A DNA stretch of 63,912 nucleotides, the filler included, from Folioceros fuciformis (taxonomy: Eukaryota): the NCBI GenBank assembly GCA_049999805.1. It is 14 parts of 14 records of this genome, joined end to end, with 100 filler letters (N's around TTAATTAATTAA, not from the genome) between each part and the next. Parts side by side here need not be neighbours in the genome. Positions count along the whole stretch, not along the records: positions 27,197 to 29,378 come from JBNGIO010001575.1; positions 29,479 to 32,421 come from JBNGIO010001576.1; positions 32,522 to 44,506 come from JBNGIO010001577.1; 11 more parts are not named here. One strand, written 5' to 3'. The translations under genes were made by a program, and so were the position numbers. Shown here in pieces: positions 27,197 through 38,500 of this stretch. Numbering within the stretch: position 1 is the stretch's first letter; each line of letters begins with the position of its first letter. Below the pieces are notes generated by a model. It was not told where the DNA came from. It worked only from the letters and a program-made list of their open reading frames with translations, and ran no database searches.

Positions 27197-29378
27197 CGAC
27201 CTTGGTAGCTGTCAAAGAGGAACCCAAATCTCCAACACACGGCTTTGAGGCCCTAGAAGCTGCTTATACCGAATATAAGTACAACGAGGCTCCATCCCAA
27301 GCTTCTACAATGGAACAACGCTCACAACACTATCATAAGCTTTGGGAGTCCATAACCAATTTGGTGCACGACGTGGAAACTGTGCGCAAACTTGAGTCTA
27401 GCTTCGATCGTGACTCAGTTCCGGCGAGCTCTCAATTGCTGTAGTTACCGGACAGTGGTCCATAGGTGGTTGATGTGACATACACAATATTTTCTTTGAC
27501 ATACTCTTCTACTCTGACGTTATTCTAAGCCTTGTGTTTTAATGCAATACTTGCCTAACTCTCTGTTGAAGACTAAACCACAAGTATGTCAGGGACAAGT
27601 ACTCCAATGACCTCTATCCCTCCATCTATGGCATCGGTGATCAATTTTATGAACGTTTCCACCGACTTCAAAGAAAAAGATAGGTTCAATGGGACCAAGT
27701 ATGAAGTTTGGTCTTGGGGGATGAAGGCGGCACTGAATACGCGCGATCTTCTTCCACTTGTGGAAGGAACTTCCTCCAAGCCTTTGGCACCCCAGACAGC
27801 TGTCGAAGCTAGGTTAAAACTTGATCGTCAAGCCATGCATATGTTGATATCTGGCCTTGACGAGACTACGTTACACCATACCGATGGTGCAACTACAGCA
27901 GCAGAAGCATGGAAGCAGATAAATGACATTTATCAATCCACCAATGTGATGACCCTGGTCACTGTGCGGCAGGAGTCTTATACTCTTCGTGTGCAATCAG
28001 GCGATAGTATTGCTCACCATGTGAGTCGATTTCGTTACCTCCGGGCACAATTGGCTGCACTAGGCACTACTATGTCTGAGTTTGATGCTGCTGTACAATT
28101 GTTGGCTAGTCTTCCGGCTAGCTATCAATCCTTTGTCTCTTCACACAACCAGTCGGTCCGTAACTCTCAGCGAGCAGTGGCGACTGGTGGTCACTCCACC
28201 CTTACTGTGTCCGAGATTGCTGGAGCGCTTCTGCAAGAGGAGGCTTCTCGCTACAATTCTGGCACATCTAAGCATGGTGGTGAACGCGTGATGTTTGTTA
28301 CCCGAGGCCGGTTTCAACATCAGCCTAAGAAAAGAGACAATACCACAAAACGGATGCCTTCCAATAGTCATCCCAAATCCACTTCTTCTGCCTCTACCTC
28401 CAAGACCCAGAAGCGCCAAGGTGCTTGTAATTGGTGTCTAATTCCAGGTCATTGGGAGAGGGAGTGCAGGAAGAAGCAAGCTGGTGAGGCTAAGAGAGAG
28501 CCCAAGTCTACCAATATGGTAGTAGCTCCTAAGGCCAAAAATCAGTCTAAATCAGAGATTGCTCTTACTGTGTGCCTTGTTACCTCGGCACTCAAGACAT
28601 CGTGGCTCCTTGACTCTGCGGCTACTACTCACATTTGCAGTTCCAAGCATATGTTTACTACCTATGAGGTTTCTTCTAATCCTCCACGGTACGTGCTCCT
28701 AGGAGATGATTCCGGTCTTGCCATTCATGGCATAGGGACGGTAACCTTCAAATTAGAAGATGGTTCTATCCTTATGCTGAAGGATGTACTGTATGTTCCA
28801 CAAATGGCCAAGAACCTTATCTCCATTCGTCATCTTGTGCACGATGGTTTTTATAAATTGGAGTTTGACAAATCCGCTTGTCTACTCTATCGCTCCTCTC
28901 AGCCACACAAGGTGGTTGCTAGAGGTTGTCTTCATAGCGATCTCTATATCTTTTCAGGCACCCTTGTGTCTTCCTCCAGTGTTTCTGTGGTGGACTCGAC
29001 TAAGGATGCAGTGGCTGCAAGGCACTCACCCACCGAGCAAGTCTTTTTATGGCATTGTAGACTTGGGCACCTTAACTCTGCCAAGCTTCTTGCCATGTCC
29101 ATGCAGGATCTCTACAGAGACAAGCTTCCCGCCTTGGCCAAGACTCCCCCATTTTGTGAAGCCTGCGTGTTGGCCAAGCAGCGTAGTGCTCCATACACTA
29201 GTCTTCCTGCACACAGGGCGTCTCAGCCCTTGGAACTAGTACATGTGGATCTGTGTGGACCTCTACCTGTACCTTCTGTAGGCGGAGCTCGCCATTTTAT
29301 GACGATTGTTGATGATTACTCTCGTTATACTTTTGTGTATCCGCTCCGTCTCAAGAGTGACTCCTTTGCTGTGTTCCA
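27197..29378 (+). mobile_element. Ty1/copia retrotransposon, second copy of the same family: leader plus open gag-protease-integrase ORF from 27586
   Basis: Uninterrupted ORF with RFNGTKYEVWSWGMKA, CNWCLIPGHWEREC, WLLDSAATTH, LWHCRLGH and LVHVDLCGP. Segment 28388-29378 aligns closely but not identically with 23682-24673. Confidence 0.96.
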
Positions 29379-29478
29379 NNNNNNNNNNNNNNNNNNNNNN
29401 NNNNNNNNNNNNNNNNNNNNNNTTAATTAATTAANNNNNNNNNNNNNNNNNNNNNNNNNNNNNNNNNNNNNNNNNNNN

Positions 29479-30960
29479 CCTCCACCTCCACCACCTCCTC
29501 CAGTGATGGGTCTGGGACCTCAGCAGTCTCCAAGCTCAGTCACTAAGCCAGTACCTAGTGTCTCCGCTAAGCCATCAGCTGAGGCAGCACCCCTTCCACT
29601 TTCGCCTGCTCAGGCAACGCCCGCTGGTGAGTCCAGGTTGCAGACGTATGGCTAGTGGCATGATCCATTTGGTCTTCGTCGGAGTGCCTTTCAATTAACG
29701 CCGTGGCTCTCCTGTGTGACTGAGCTCCTGGGTGTGCAAGGACGATGCTTAGAGCCGTAACGTCTTTTCGTGTTTTGTCAGCAGGGCAAGGGACTATGAG
29801 TGATTTCATGGTTAGAACTGAAGAAGGAAGGTGTGTCCTGGCTCGCTCTCCCATGTGTCTTCACCTCATACTGCTTTGAACATGTGAGTCGTACTCTTAA
29901 GTGTGGTCAGCTGACCTTGCCCCGTGTTGTAACAGGACAGTGCCTCTTGGGGAAGGACTCCAGCTTGTTCTTGAAGGTGCTGATATGAGCGCAACCAACA
30001 GAGGGATTGCGACGAACAACTTCCTGGAGGCGTTTGTGGAAGGCAAGCTGTCTCCCAAACTTGAAATGCATCGTTCTGAACATCGGTTGTCACACTAGTA
30101 GCAAGAGTAACTCATGATGCGATCAGCGTATGTTGCGGATTTTTTTACAACTTACGTATGATGTGGTGTACAGAACCGGAAGAACTTGGCAGAATGATCG
30201 AGAAGTATCCAAAATTGATGCAAAAGTATCCTTTAAAGCCGCAGCTGTGCTATGATCTGATGATGGCGTGGGAAGAAAATTGTCTAGACCTTTTGACAAA
30301 GGAGGAGTGGGTAAGATGATGTTATTATTCCGTTGGCAGGGTTATACCAAAGTCCACGTTGTTACTGAAATCTCTTCAAATAGGCGTGCATTAAGACTGG
30401 GCCTTTCCATGATGCGTGCAGGCAAAGCATGGCCGGTCGATTGCTGCCTTTGATCTTTGTCGTCTCGATGACCCAGAAGGAGCAGTTGAGGAAGCTAAGA
30501 AGAAGTTTGCAGCCATTCTTAAAGTTCGGAAGTATGTCAAGATGCGTTCACTAGATTTCGCACGTCCACAGTGTCCACCCTAAAGCACGCAAGGAGGGCT
30601 GTTGCTATCTGGATGGTTTGACCTGAAATTTGTTTGTGGTTTCTGTTGTCTGGATTCAGAGAGAAAGAGTGGAAGGAAAGGTCTAAGCAGATCAAGGGTG
30701 ACATGTCTGCCGAGCTTTCAAAAGCTGTGAGCGGTAGGAAGGTACGCTCACCAACCACTTTTTTCTGGGAAGTGTAGTCTTGCGAAAAAATTTAGTATGG
30801 TTGTAAGAGTGCTTGTGGCTGTGCCTGTGAGCAGGAGAAGATCAATGTGGAGATAGCGCAAGATGAGTTGAAGAGCATGTCCAAGGGCAAGATCAAACTC
30901 AAGAGTAAGAAATCACAGTCAAACCTTGAGAGTTTGACGGATCCGGGCCGTTCCTCTTAG
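29479..30960 (+). CDS. 3' portion of a multi-exon gene for a polyproline protein with a helical, basic C-terminus (model uncertain)
   Basis: The contig starts in frame with PPPPPPPPVMGLGPQQSP...ATPA|GTGAGT (donor at 29627). Later exons with good splice sites read PEELGRMIEKYPKLMQKYPLKPQLCYDLMM, EKEWKERSKQIKGDMSAELSKAVSGRK|GTACG and EKINVEIAQDELKSMSKGKIKLKSKK...GRSS-TAG (30960). The best join of the middle exons needs single-G indels near 29810, 30310 and 30434. Confidence 0.6.
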
Positions 30961-32521
30961 TCCCCTTCCATTTCGTTCTCTCATTTTATCGTCCTTAGGC
31001 TTGAGGCCCCAAAATTCATGGGGCATGCGTGTACATGAGGTTTTTCTTATTGGGTAGGACAATCAGCACTATAGAAGTGTTCAGACATTTTTTTAACATA
31101 GGACAGTGTACAACAAAAATAGAAATCAGGTAGATAACGTGTTGCGAGGCATTGCTGCCCTGTAAGGTGGTCCAGCAGTCTGTATGTAGTGGCCTGCCTG
31201 GATCTACGAAGCTTGGTCTTGATCAGGGTGAGACCAATAAGTGCCATGAGCCAGCGTCCAATTCAGTTGTACCATTTCTCCCCACAATTTTGAATTGAAT
31301 TGGATCACGCTAAATTTGCTTCCTTTCAACCAAACATGGTGTACGCACCTTCCTGCAAAATTGCGTGAGAGTTCTTGTGTGAAAACCAAGCAAGAAAAGT
31401 AGCCATCTCCATGGAGCTTTGGCGAGCAAGCAAGTTGAGCTTCCGTATTCACATGGATTGATTCGTGAGCGGCACGTGGTGCATCAGTCTATGACGTATT
31501 ATTATAATACTACATATGCATCCCCACTGCGTGGGGCAAATCATGTGACTGCATTACACTTGACCTGGTACAACCTTACGCAGGTACCTACAATCTTCAA
31601 AAATATCTGCTTAGAGCGCGTGTCTGCCTACGTCGGAGAAGCAGGAGCGTCCTCCTGACAGATGAAACAATGTGGGCCGAAGAAGTCAGCAAAGCTCGAA
31701 GGGTGGAAAATCGGAGATGGGAACTAACGAAACTCTCCTAAGACGTGTTTCCTCCAATTCCCTGCAGCTGAGGATACGGGAGAGGGGGCGAGGAAGGGAG
31801 TGAAGACTGGGTCTTTCTCAATTGGACACATTCTGGGTGACATCGATGGGCACTGGGGGAGACTAGGCATTCCGGGGATGGGTAGGGCCCTCTCAATGTC
31901 GTGAGCTCTACTGAAGGTGGTGGCCTTCCAGGCCAAATCAGTAGCGATGGTGTGCACATGGGCTGAAAAGAAGAACTAGGTGGTCGGCTGTCAAATCCGA
32001 TAACGTTTAGAACAGTGGGTAGGTTAAGCGTCGGGGACAAAACAAGGCCAAGCCTGTGGTGTCCATGTCATTCAAATCCTTTGTATGTCGGATGGTGGAG
32101 ACATGAGAAGGTTTAATTGGGATTGAGTGAGATTGCGAAAAAGCAGAGAAGTGAATCTAAGCTTGCAGTCCACCTCAGATGAGTGGAAGGCCAAATGTCT
32201 TCTCAAGCTCCCAGGACGATCAATCATGCAGGTGTAGATAGATGACGCCGGAAAGCGAGAATGGGTTGGCTGTCAATTCCGATGATGAGTCAAGAGACAG
32301 AGCAGGTCAATCGTGAGACTAGGTCAAGGGACGGCAAAGGGTCAGGAGCAGGATATCTGGCCTTGCAAGGGGGTCAAGGTTGTGTGTGTGTGTGTGATCC
32401 AGCTGATTCGGGGTTGCGTTTNNNNNNNNNNNNNNNNNNNNNNNNNNNNNNNNNNNNNNNNNNNNTTAATTAATTAANNNNNNNNNNNNNNNNNNNNNNN
32501 NNNNNNNNNNNNNNNNNNNNN

Positions 32522-35500
32522 TGGTCATCAAACCAGATGGGGGAGGAGGTGGTGGAGGAGGAGGAGGGGCAATAGGTCCTCGAGAGAACCCATTTGCAGT
32601 GAGAGGTGGTTGAGGTGGTGGTGTTGATTGTTGTTGTGCTGGCAGTGGAGAGGAGCTACTGGTTGGCCCGCTTTCAGGTGAGGAGACGTGCCCTGGGGCA
32701 ATTGACGGTGCAAAAGATGGCCGCTCCTCAGACTCTGAGACTCCCAAATTTCTTGCTGACACAGAAAGAGAATCTAAACTAGGAACATCAGAGCTTGGAA
32801 GGGACACAGGAGATGATTGATTGGAGGAAGACTGCATGATTGGGGAGGGGGAAACAAACTTGTCTGACAGGGATCGGGAAGGTTCGGGATGCTCACGATC
32901 TTCCACCGTAACCTGTGACGAGATGAAAGAGAGAGATCTAACAACAGACGGAATCTGATCAGCTGATTTAAACGATGAGACTGACACCAAGGAAGGAGCT
33001 TGAACTGGAACCTGTCCTTCTAACGCTGAAGTTTGAGGAGACTGAATGAAGAAGGGCGTTTGTTGCGGGGTAGGTACGAACCCTGAGGGTGGGCGATACA
33101 CAACCTGAGCGTGCCCAGTCCCTCCTGCACCTGCGGGCAGCTGATACACGAACTGAGGTTGCTGCTGCAGCACAAAATTAGCTCTGTCTCCGAGCTCCAC
33201 CCCTGACGCACGAAGCAGCTCTTCAGGTGTTTGTGTGCCCTGCACGTATATCACATTGACATCTTTCTCCGAGCCGTTCCTAGCAAGCGCTGGGGGAGTT
33301 TGACCGCCAGTCATGTAGACAATCTGCACGGTTGGAGTAGACTTTTCTGGTGTTAATACTGTGTTCTTTCTCCAACTTCTTCCCCTGGCGAGGTGAGGGA
33401 TGAGCTTTAGAGCAATAGCTGTCACCATGGGAACCCCCATAGGCTCAAAAAACTTGGCCCCAAACACTTGATTGCTGTCACTTTCAAGCTTCTCTTTGAA
33501 GGCACGGGCATCCATTTCAGGTTCCCTGATCTTCCCGTGCTCATGCTTGCTTCTCTGGAAATAGACCTCGAAGTCTATAATAATGCTCCCCGTCCGCTTC
33601 CGGAGTATGTGTACATCTCTCATTTCAACCCGAGCCAATGTCGCAATGCTACGTCTGAATACGCCTTCTGCTTCGTCATTGAAATCAGACATCTTTGCCT
33701 TGGGAAATGTTACAGTTGCCTCCACAATTGTCACAGGACCACTTGGGTCTGCATCAGTTTCATTTGTTCCTTCAGGAGTATCGAGAACCCACCACCCTGA
33801 GGGGTACCTATGTTGCAGAAAGTGTTTGAGAGTTCTGGCATCGATCACGTCGTCCCGAATGTTGGAGATTGGAATGTTCCAAGCTCCATAGCCCTTAGCA
33901 TTCTCTGGTATGAGCTTGTCCAGGAGCTTGCTGACTTCTTGACCACGTCGCTTGTCAGAACACATTATAGCCAAACATTCTGCTGCTCTCTGTCTCAGTA
34001 CAACTGACCCATCGATATCCAATACAAAATCTGATATTTTGGAAACAAGACCCAATTTGAAAGCCATCTCCACCGTCTTATGGCTAAGCCGCATCAGGCG
34101 GAGGAGTAACATTAAACTGCAAAGTCTTGGATCCGTGCCTGCATTTCCTGCATCTGATTGTGGTACATGTAGACTCAAGAAGGATGAGAGGGTATAAATC
34201 AGCTCCTCCGAAATCACACAGTCTACAATATCTTTGTGTTTAGCTGTGCAATGAAACAAAAGCATGGCAGGTTGAGCAAGCGCTCTTCGCTCAGTCCCGG
34301 GGACCCCGCTGATGTAATCCTGCAGAGGTAAAAAAATATCAATGTTTGAAGAGTAGCCAGACAACAATGCCGGGCGACCCTTGAACAGCAGGAGCAGAGC
34401 GAGCAATAATCGCCTCCGGTCATCCAGATCAAATTCATCAGAGTGTATTCCATCAGTGGGGACTCCGATAACCACTGCTTTCCGGATCTCCCGCATGAAC
34501 CGATCCTCAAGAACTGTACCAAAATCATACTGAGGGTTACGCAAAAACTGGTCAACATAAAAACCCCCAAGGTACAATTCCCTCGCATAGCCCTCTTCCT
34601 CCTCATCCTGAAACAGTGGTCTCTGATCATCATCAGAGACTGTTACAAGCACCCACCGCAAAAACACGGGCCGTTTCCGTACCAGCGACCAGGATGGTAT
34701 GCCAAGCAGACCCTTCTGCAGGAAGGCTGTTTTCATTGCTTCATTTTCAAGAGTGGCCTTCACCTGATCCCTTGTATTATCATCCCAAACCAGCCTAGGG
34801 GAAAGATAGTTCTTGTCATACATAGCACATGCTTCAGACGGATCCCTTGTAAGGGTGGATAGCAGGTCCACTGGTAAAAGAAGAAGCAAAGTCTTTAACA
34901 CAAGCGGTTCCTCTCGGTGGCCTCCGGGCTCCATGACATCCATCAGCTCATACATGTCAGTTGCTGCACCTATAACCTCATCACCACCTGCCCGCCCATT
35001 TGCAGAGCCGTGTCCAAAGCTCTTCCGCTGAGCCAAGTCATTTAACAGCTTCACCCTCCTGCTGACCCCACTTCCTGCCAAGAGAAGCTGCCCAATAATC
35101 TGTGCAGCTAGAAGCCTACAGAATGGTGACACTGACGGCACCGTAGAGTCAAAAGCGGAGCTGTCTCGGAGACTGGGGAGCCCCACTTTACAAAAGAGAG
35201 CTAAGAGCGGCAGCAGGACTCCACTGGTAGAAAAGATATTAGTGGCAGCCACGTTGGCTGGAATGCTTTCGCTGAGCAAGAGCAAAGCGTCTGTGGATGC
35301 CACAATAACATCTTCCCGATCACCACCTTGGTTGTCTGCAATAGCTTCCCAGAGTTGCATGGTTAGGGCATTTATCATTTCGGATTGCAGCACAAGTTCC
35401 CTTGCCAAATCGCGACCAACCAGAACCTTCACAATGGATGCAAACAACACCTGTGCACGGGGTAAAGTTCTCTTAGGCATTGGAATTTGTGAGAGGATCG

Positions 35501-38500
35501 AATGTCTCAGATGCGGTAGCAGATCTTCCCTACCACTCTTGAACGCATAACTCAGACATTCTTTCAAAGCTCCCAACACTGTTAAGTACTTCTCAACAGC
35601 ACCATCCTCAACAATCTGATCACTGTCCGACTCAGCATTCTCGTTCTTCTCGGTGGGAACCGAGATAACATCCTGGTGTGTTTCCAAATAATCCTGTAAG
35701 ACAATGAAAAAGTTGTATCCTTGTGGAAGTTCGAAGCCCTGCCACTGGCCACTTGCAAGGCCTTTCACATATAGGCCACCAACGACAAGTTCTTCTTTGA
35801 GGCAATCAAACTGGAAGGCCTGCAGCCACTCAAGGTCATCTCCAGTCTCAACTCCTCCCCCTGCAACGGCAGCATTGTGCAGTTGCAATCGTTCAGTGAC
35901 ACGAGATCTCAGCTCCTTACGCACTTCACCAGTCCATATTGCCATTGGTTGCTGAATGTTTGCTGTTATCATTGAAAGGAACTTCTCTGGTCCTTCAGAT
36001 TCTTCCAAACTGGCCAACAAAGGTTCTGGGATGATCCTGGCCATGACGTTACGTCCAATAACCTGTCTCGGAGTAGGACTATCACCTCCAGCCTTATTCA
36101 GTACACACAACAGGGAACCCAGCACATCCGCGGCAGAGTACAAAAGAGCAGACTTAGAGTCTCGAGATTTTACAGCCGCATCTTCTGGCGGAATCGCAAG
36201 TAACAGCAGCGGCAAGTATAGACCCTGCAAAATCAAGCTTGATTATGCCGCGTCCCTTTGCTCAACAAACCTTGCATCAAAAGTGCGCATGGCCAGAGAA
36301 GGATATTGCAAAACTCCGGAGTGATGCCCTACCTGTTTAAGAATGCGGTCACAATACTCCTCATCTTCTGCAAAATTCTTCAGACAACTCAGTGCAGCAA
36401 AAGACACTGGGCTGGGGCCCTTGGGTGGGATTTCGGCAGCATCACCAGCAGCCGAGCACAGTGCCCACCAAAGACCTTTTCTCCAGCGAACATCGTCACG
36501 AACAAGTTGCCGTCCAGCTCTACAAAACGGAACATGAGTCTCCTGCACCCTCATTCAATAGGTCAAACGGAATTCAAACCAAGTACATTCGAATTTACCT
36601 TGATGAGCATGCTTGTTCAAGCACAAAAAGTGAGCCGGCAACAGCAGACTCGAGACTTGCATTGCTGCTAGACTCTGGAAAGCACCCGTCGACCCTTAGT
36701 TTTGTTCCGAGTGACAGAACACTCATGGCAAAATTTACGGACGCTTGTGGGGCATTATCTTCCCTGTAACCAATAGGACAACGAATCAAGAACATGCCCA
36801 TGATTCTCAAGGACTGTCATTGTGAGAAAAGATACTCACTTAGAAAATGCTGCACAGTATCTCTTTAGGATTTTCGTAGTGTGCTGCAACATGTCGATAA
36901 GATGCAAGGGAGACTCGTCCTTTTGAGCAAGGCACGTCCTCAGGGCAGGTGTTGCCAGGTTAATCACAACAGGCTCAACATCACTAGGTAGTACAAGCTG
37001 TGGAAATCTCTCCAGGACATATGCCTGCGCAGAATGGTGAGAAAAACTTATTTAGAAGTGGTTATAAAAAACAAGCATGTGTACTGGGCACAACATCCAG
37101 TTGACAGTACCTGTGCGTGAAGAAGAGGGTGGACGCGAGGCAGCTCTTTTCGCCAAGAAGACCCAGGAGATCCAGCATTTGCGAATGCATTACCTGACTT
37201 TCGGAGCTCCTGCAGAGGCAATGGTTGAACCGCTGAAAGTGACATGAGAGAACGAATCGAGCAAAGAAATGCACACTACTCACCAGCATAATACTATTTA
37301 AAAAGCCCACAGGATCGATAATCTGGTATGTGGGGAACCTCTCGGAGTCGAGCAGATTTTGCAAGTAAAAAGGTGCAGCAAACACAGATTCTGAAAGAAA
37401 ACATGTACAAAACAAGGGGCCGTGTCTGTCAATCCGCTTTGCTACATGCATCACGCGTGAAGGGTGAGAAAAAGAAATCAATCGCGGATTGGGCTGAGTT
37501 TACCTTCCAGTTCCGTATAAGTAAGAGGTGGTTTTGGAACATGAATGTACAATGCCATGGGATCACTAGCCCTAAACTTCACATATTCCCCCAGCTCATT
37601 GGCGAGGTGTTCAACCAATCGCTCCCGCATCTCCAGATTCCAAATAACCTCAGGTGTATTTTGCTCAGAATCCAACAGCACTGTGAAGGAGTCTGGTCCC
37701 TGCACAGACTCCCCCTAGATCAAACCTGGCTGCCCAAATCTGGATGGGCACAGGTTCAGGTCAAGAAGATAAACAAATACCTCAGACATCAGTTTAGTAA
37801 TCATTCCTTCTGGTAAATACAGTTGAAGAATGCTGTCCCGCCATGGTGCATGATCAGTTTCCTGCTGCTTGTCCTTCCCCTGTGATAGAGGTACTGGATC
37901 CTACCATGGGAGAGAACATCAACCACTTATCCAAACTGTACGAGATGTTGAATCCACTGGCCTGAGCATTCACAGAAAATGTAATACCTGCAGTAAATGG
38001 CACTGGAGCAGAAACTGGGAAATGGCGAGCCTATCCAGCTCAACGAGGTCCCCATCCAGAAGTTTCCACAGAAGAATCTCAAAAGCTCCTAGTTTATAAA
38101 GACGAGACATGGCGGTCTTGTTGGTTTTGACGAGATAGGTGACAATATCCAATATCCTTCAACACACAAAGACATTCGCAACCCAAGTCAAACTTAGCAG
38201 AAAGGAGCTGACGCAAATCTGCAATAAAATGTACTTGAAGAGGTACAGTACCTTCCAAACACTGGTGTCTTAGCTCGAAGAAGTGCTTGCACTAAGTGAC
38301 ACATAATTTCTTCTCTTGACAAATTTAAACAGGCAGCACTTGGAGGGTAGGTCTCAACATGGCTGTCGCTACCAGAGAACCTTCACGAGCGAGCCACCTC
38401 AGAAATCTTATGTGAAGCAACACAGTGTGTTGACCTGTGGCAAGAAGCAAACCAGCAGAAGTTGTTGAGGAAGTTCTCAGTACCTTAAAATTGCTTCCAT

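Noticed and set aside
23682-29378. The two adjacent copia contigs as an overlap of one locus
   Set aside because: The shared ~1 kb has many substitutions and a codon indel, so they are distinct copies of one family.
31700-32421. Possible TE or gene remnant on the minus strand, with a (TG)n microsatellite near 32380
   Set aside because: Interrupted frames and no identifiable domain.
29479-33000. Formin call for the two polyproline contig ends
   Set aside because: No FH2 motifs are visible after the polyproline, so only an FH1-like tract can be claimed.
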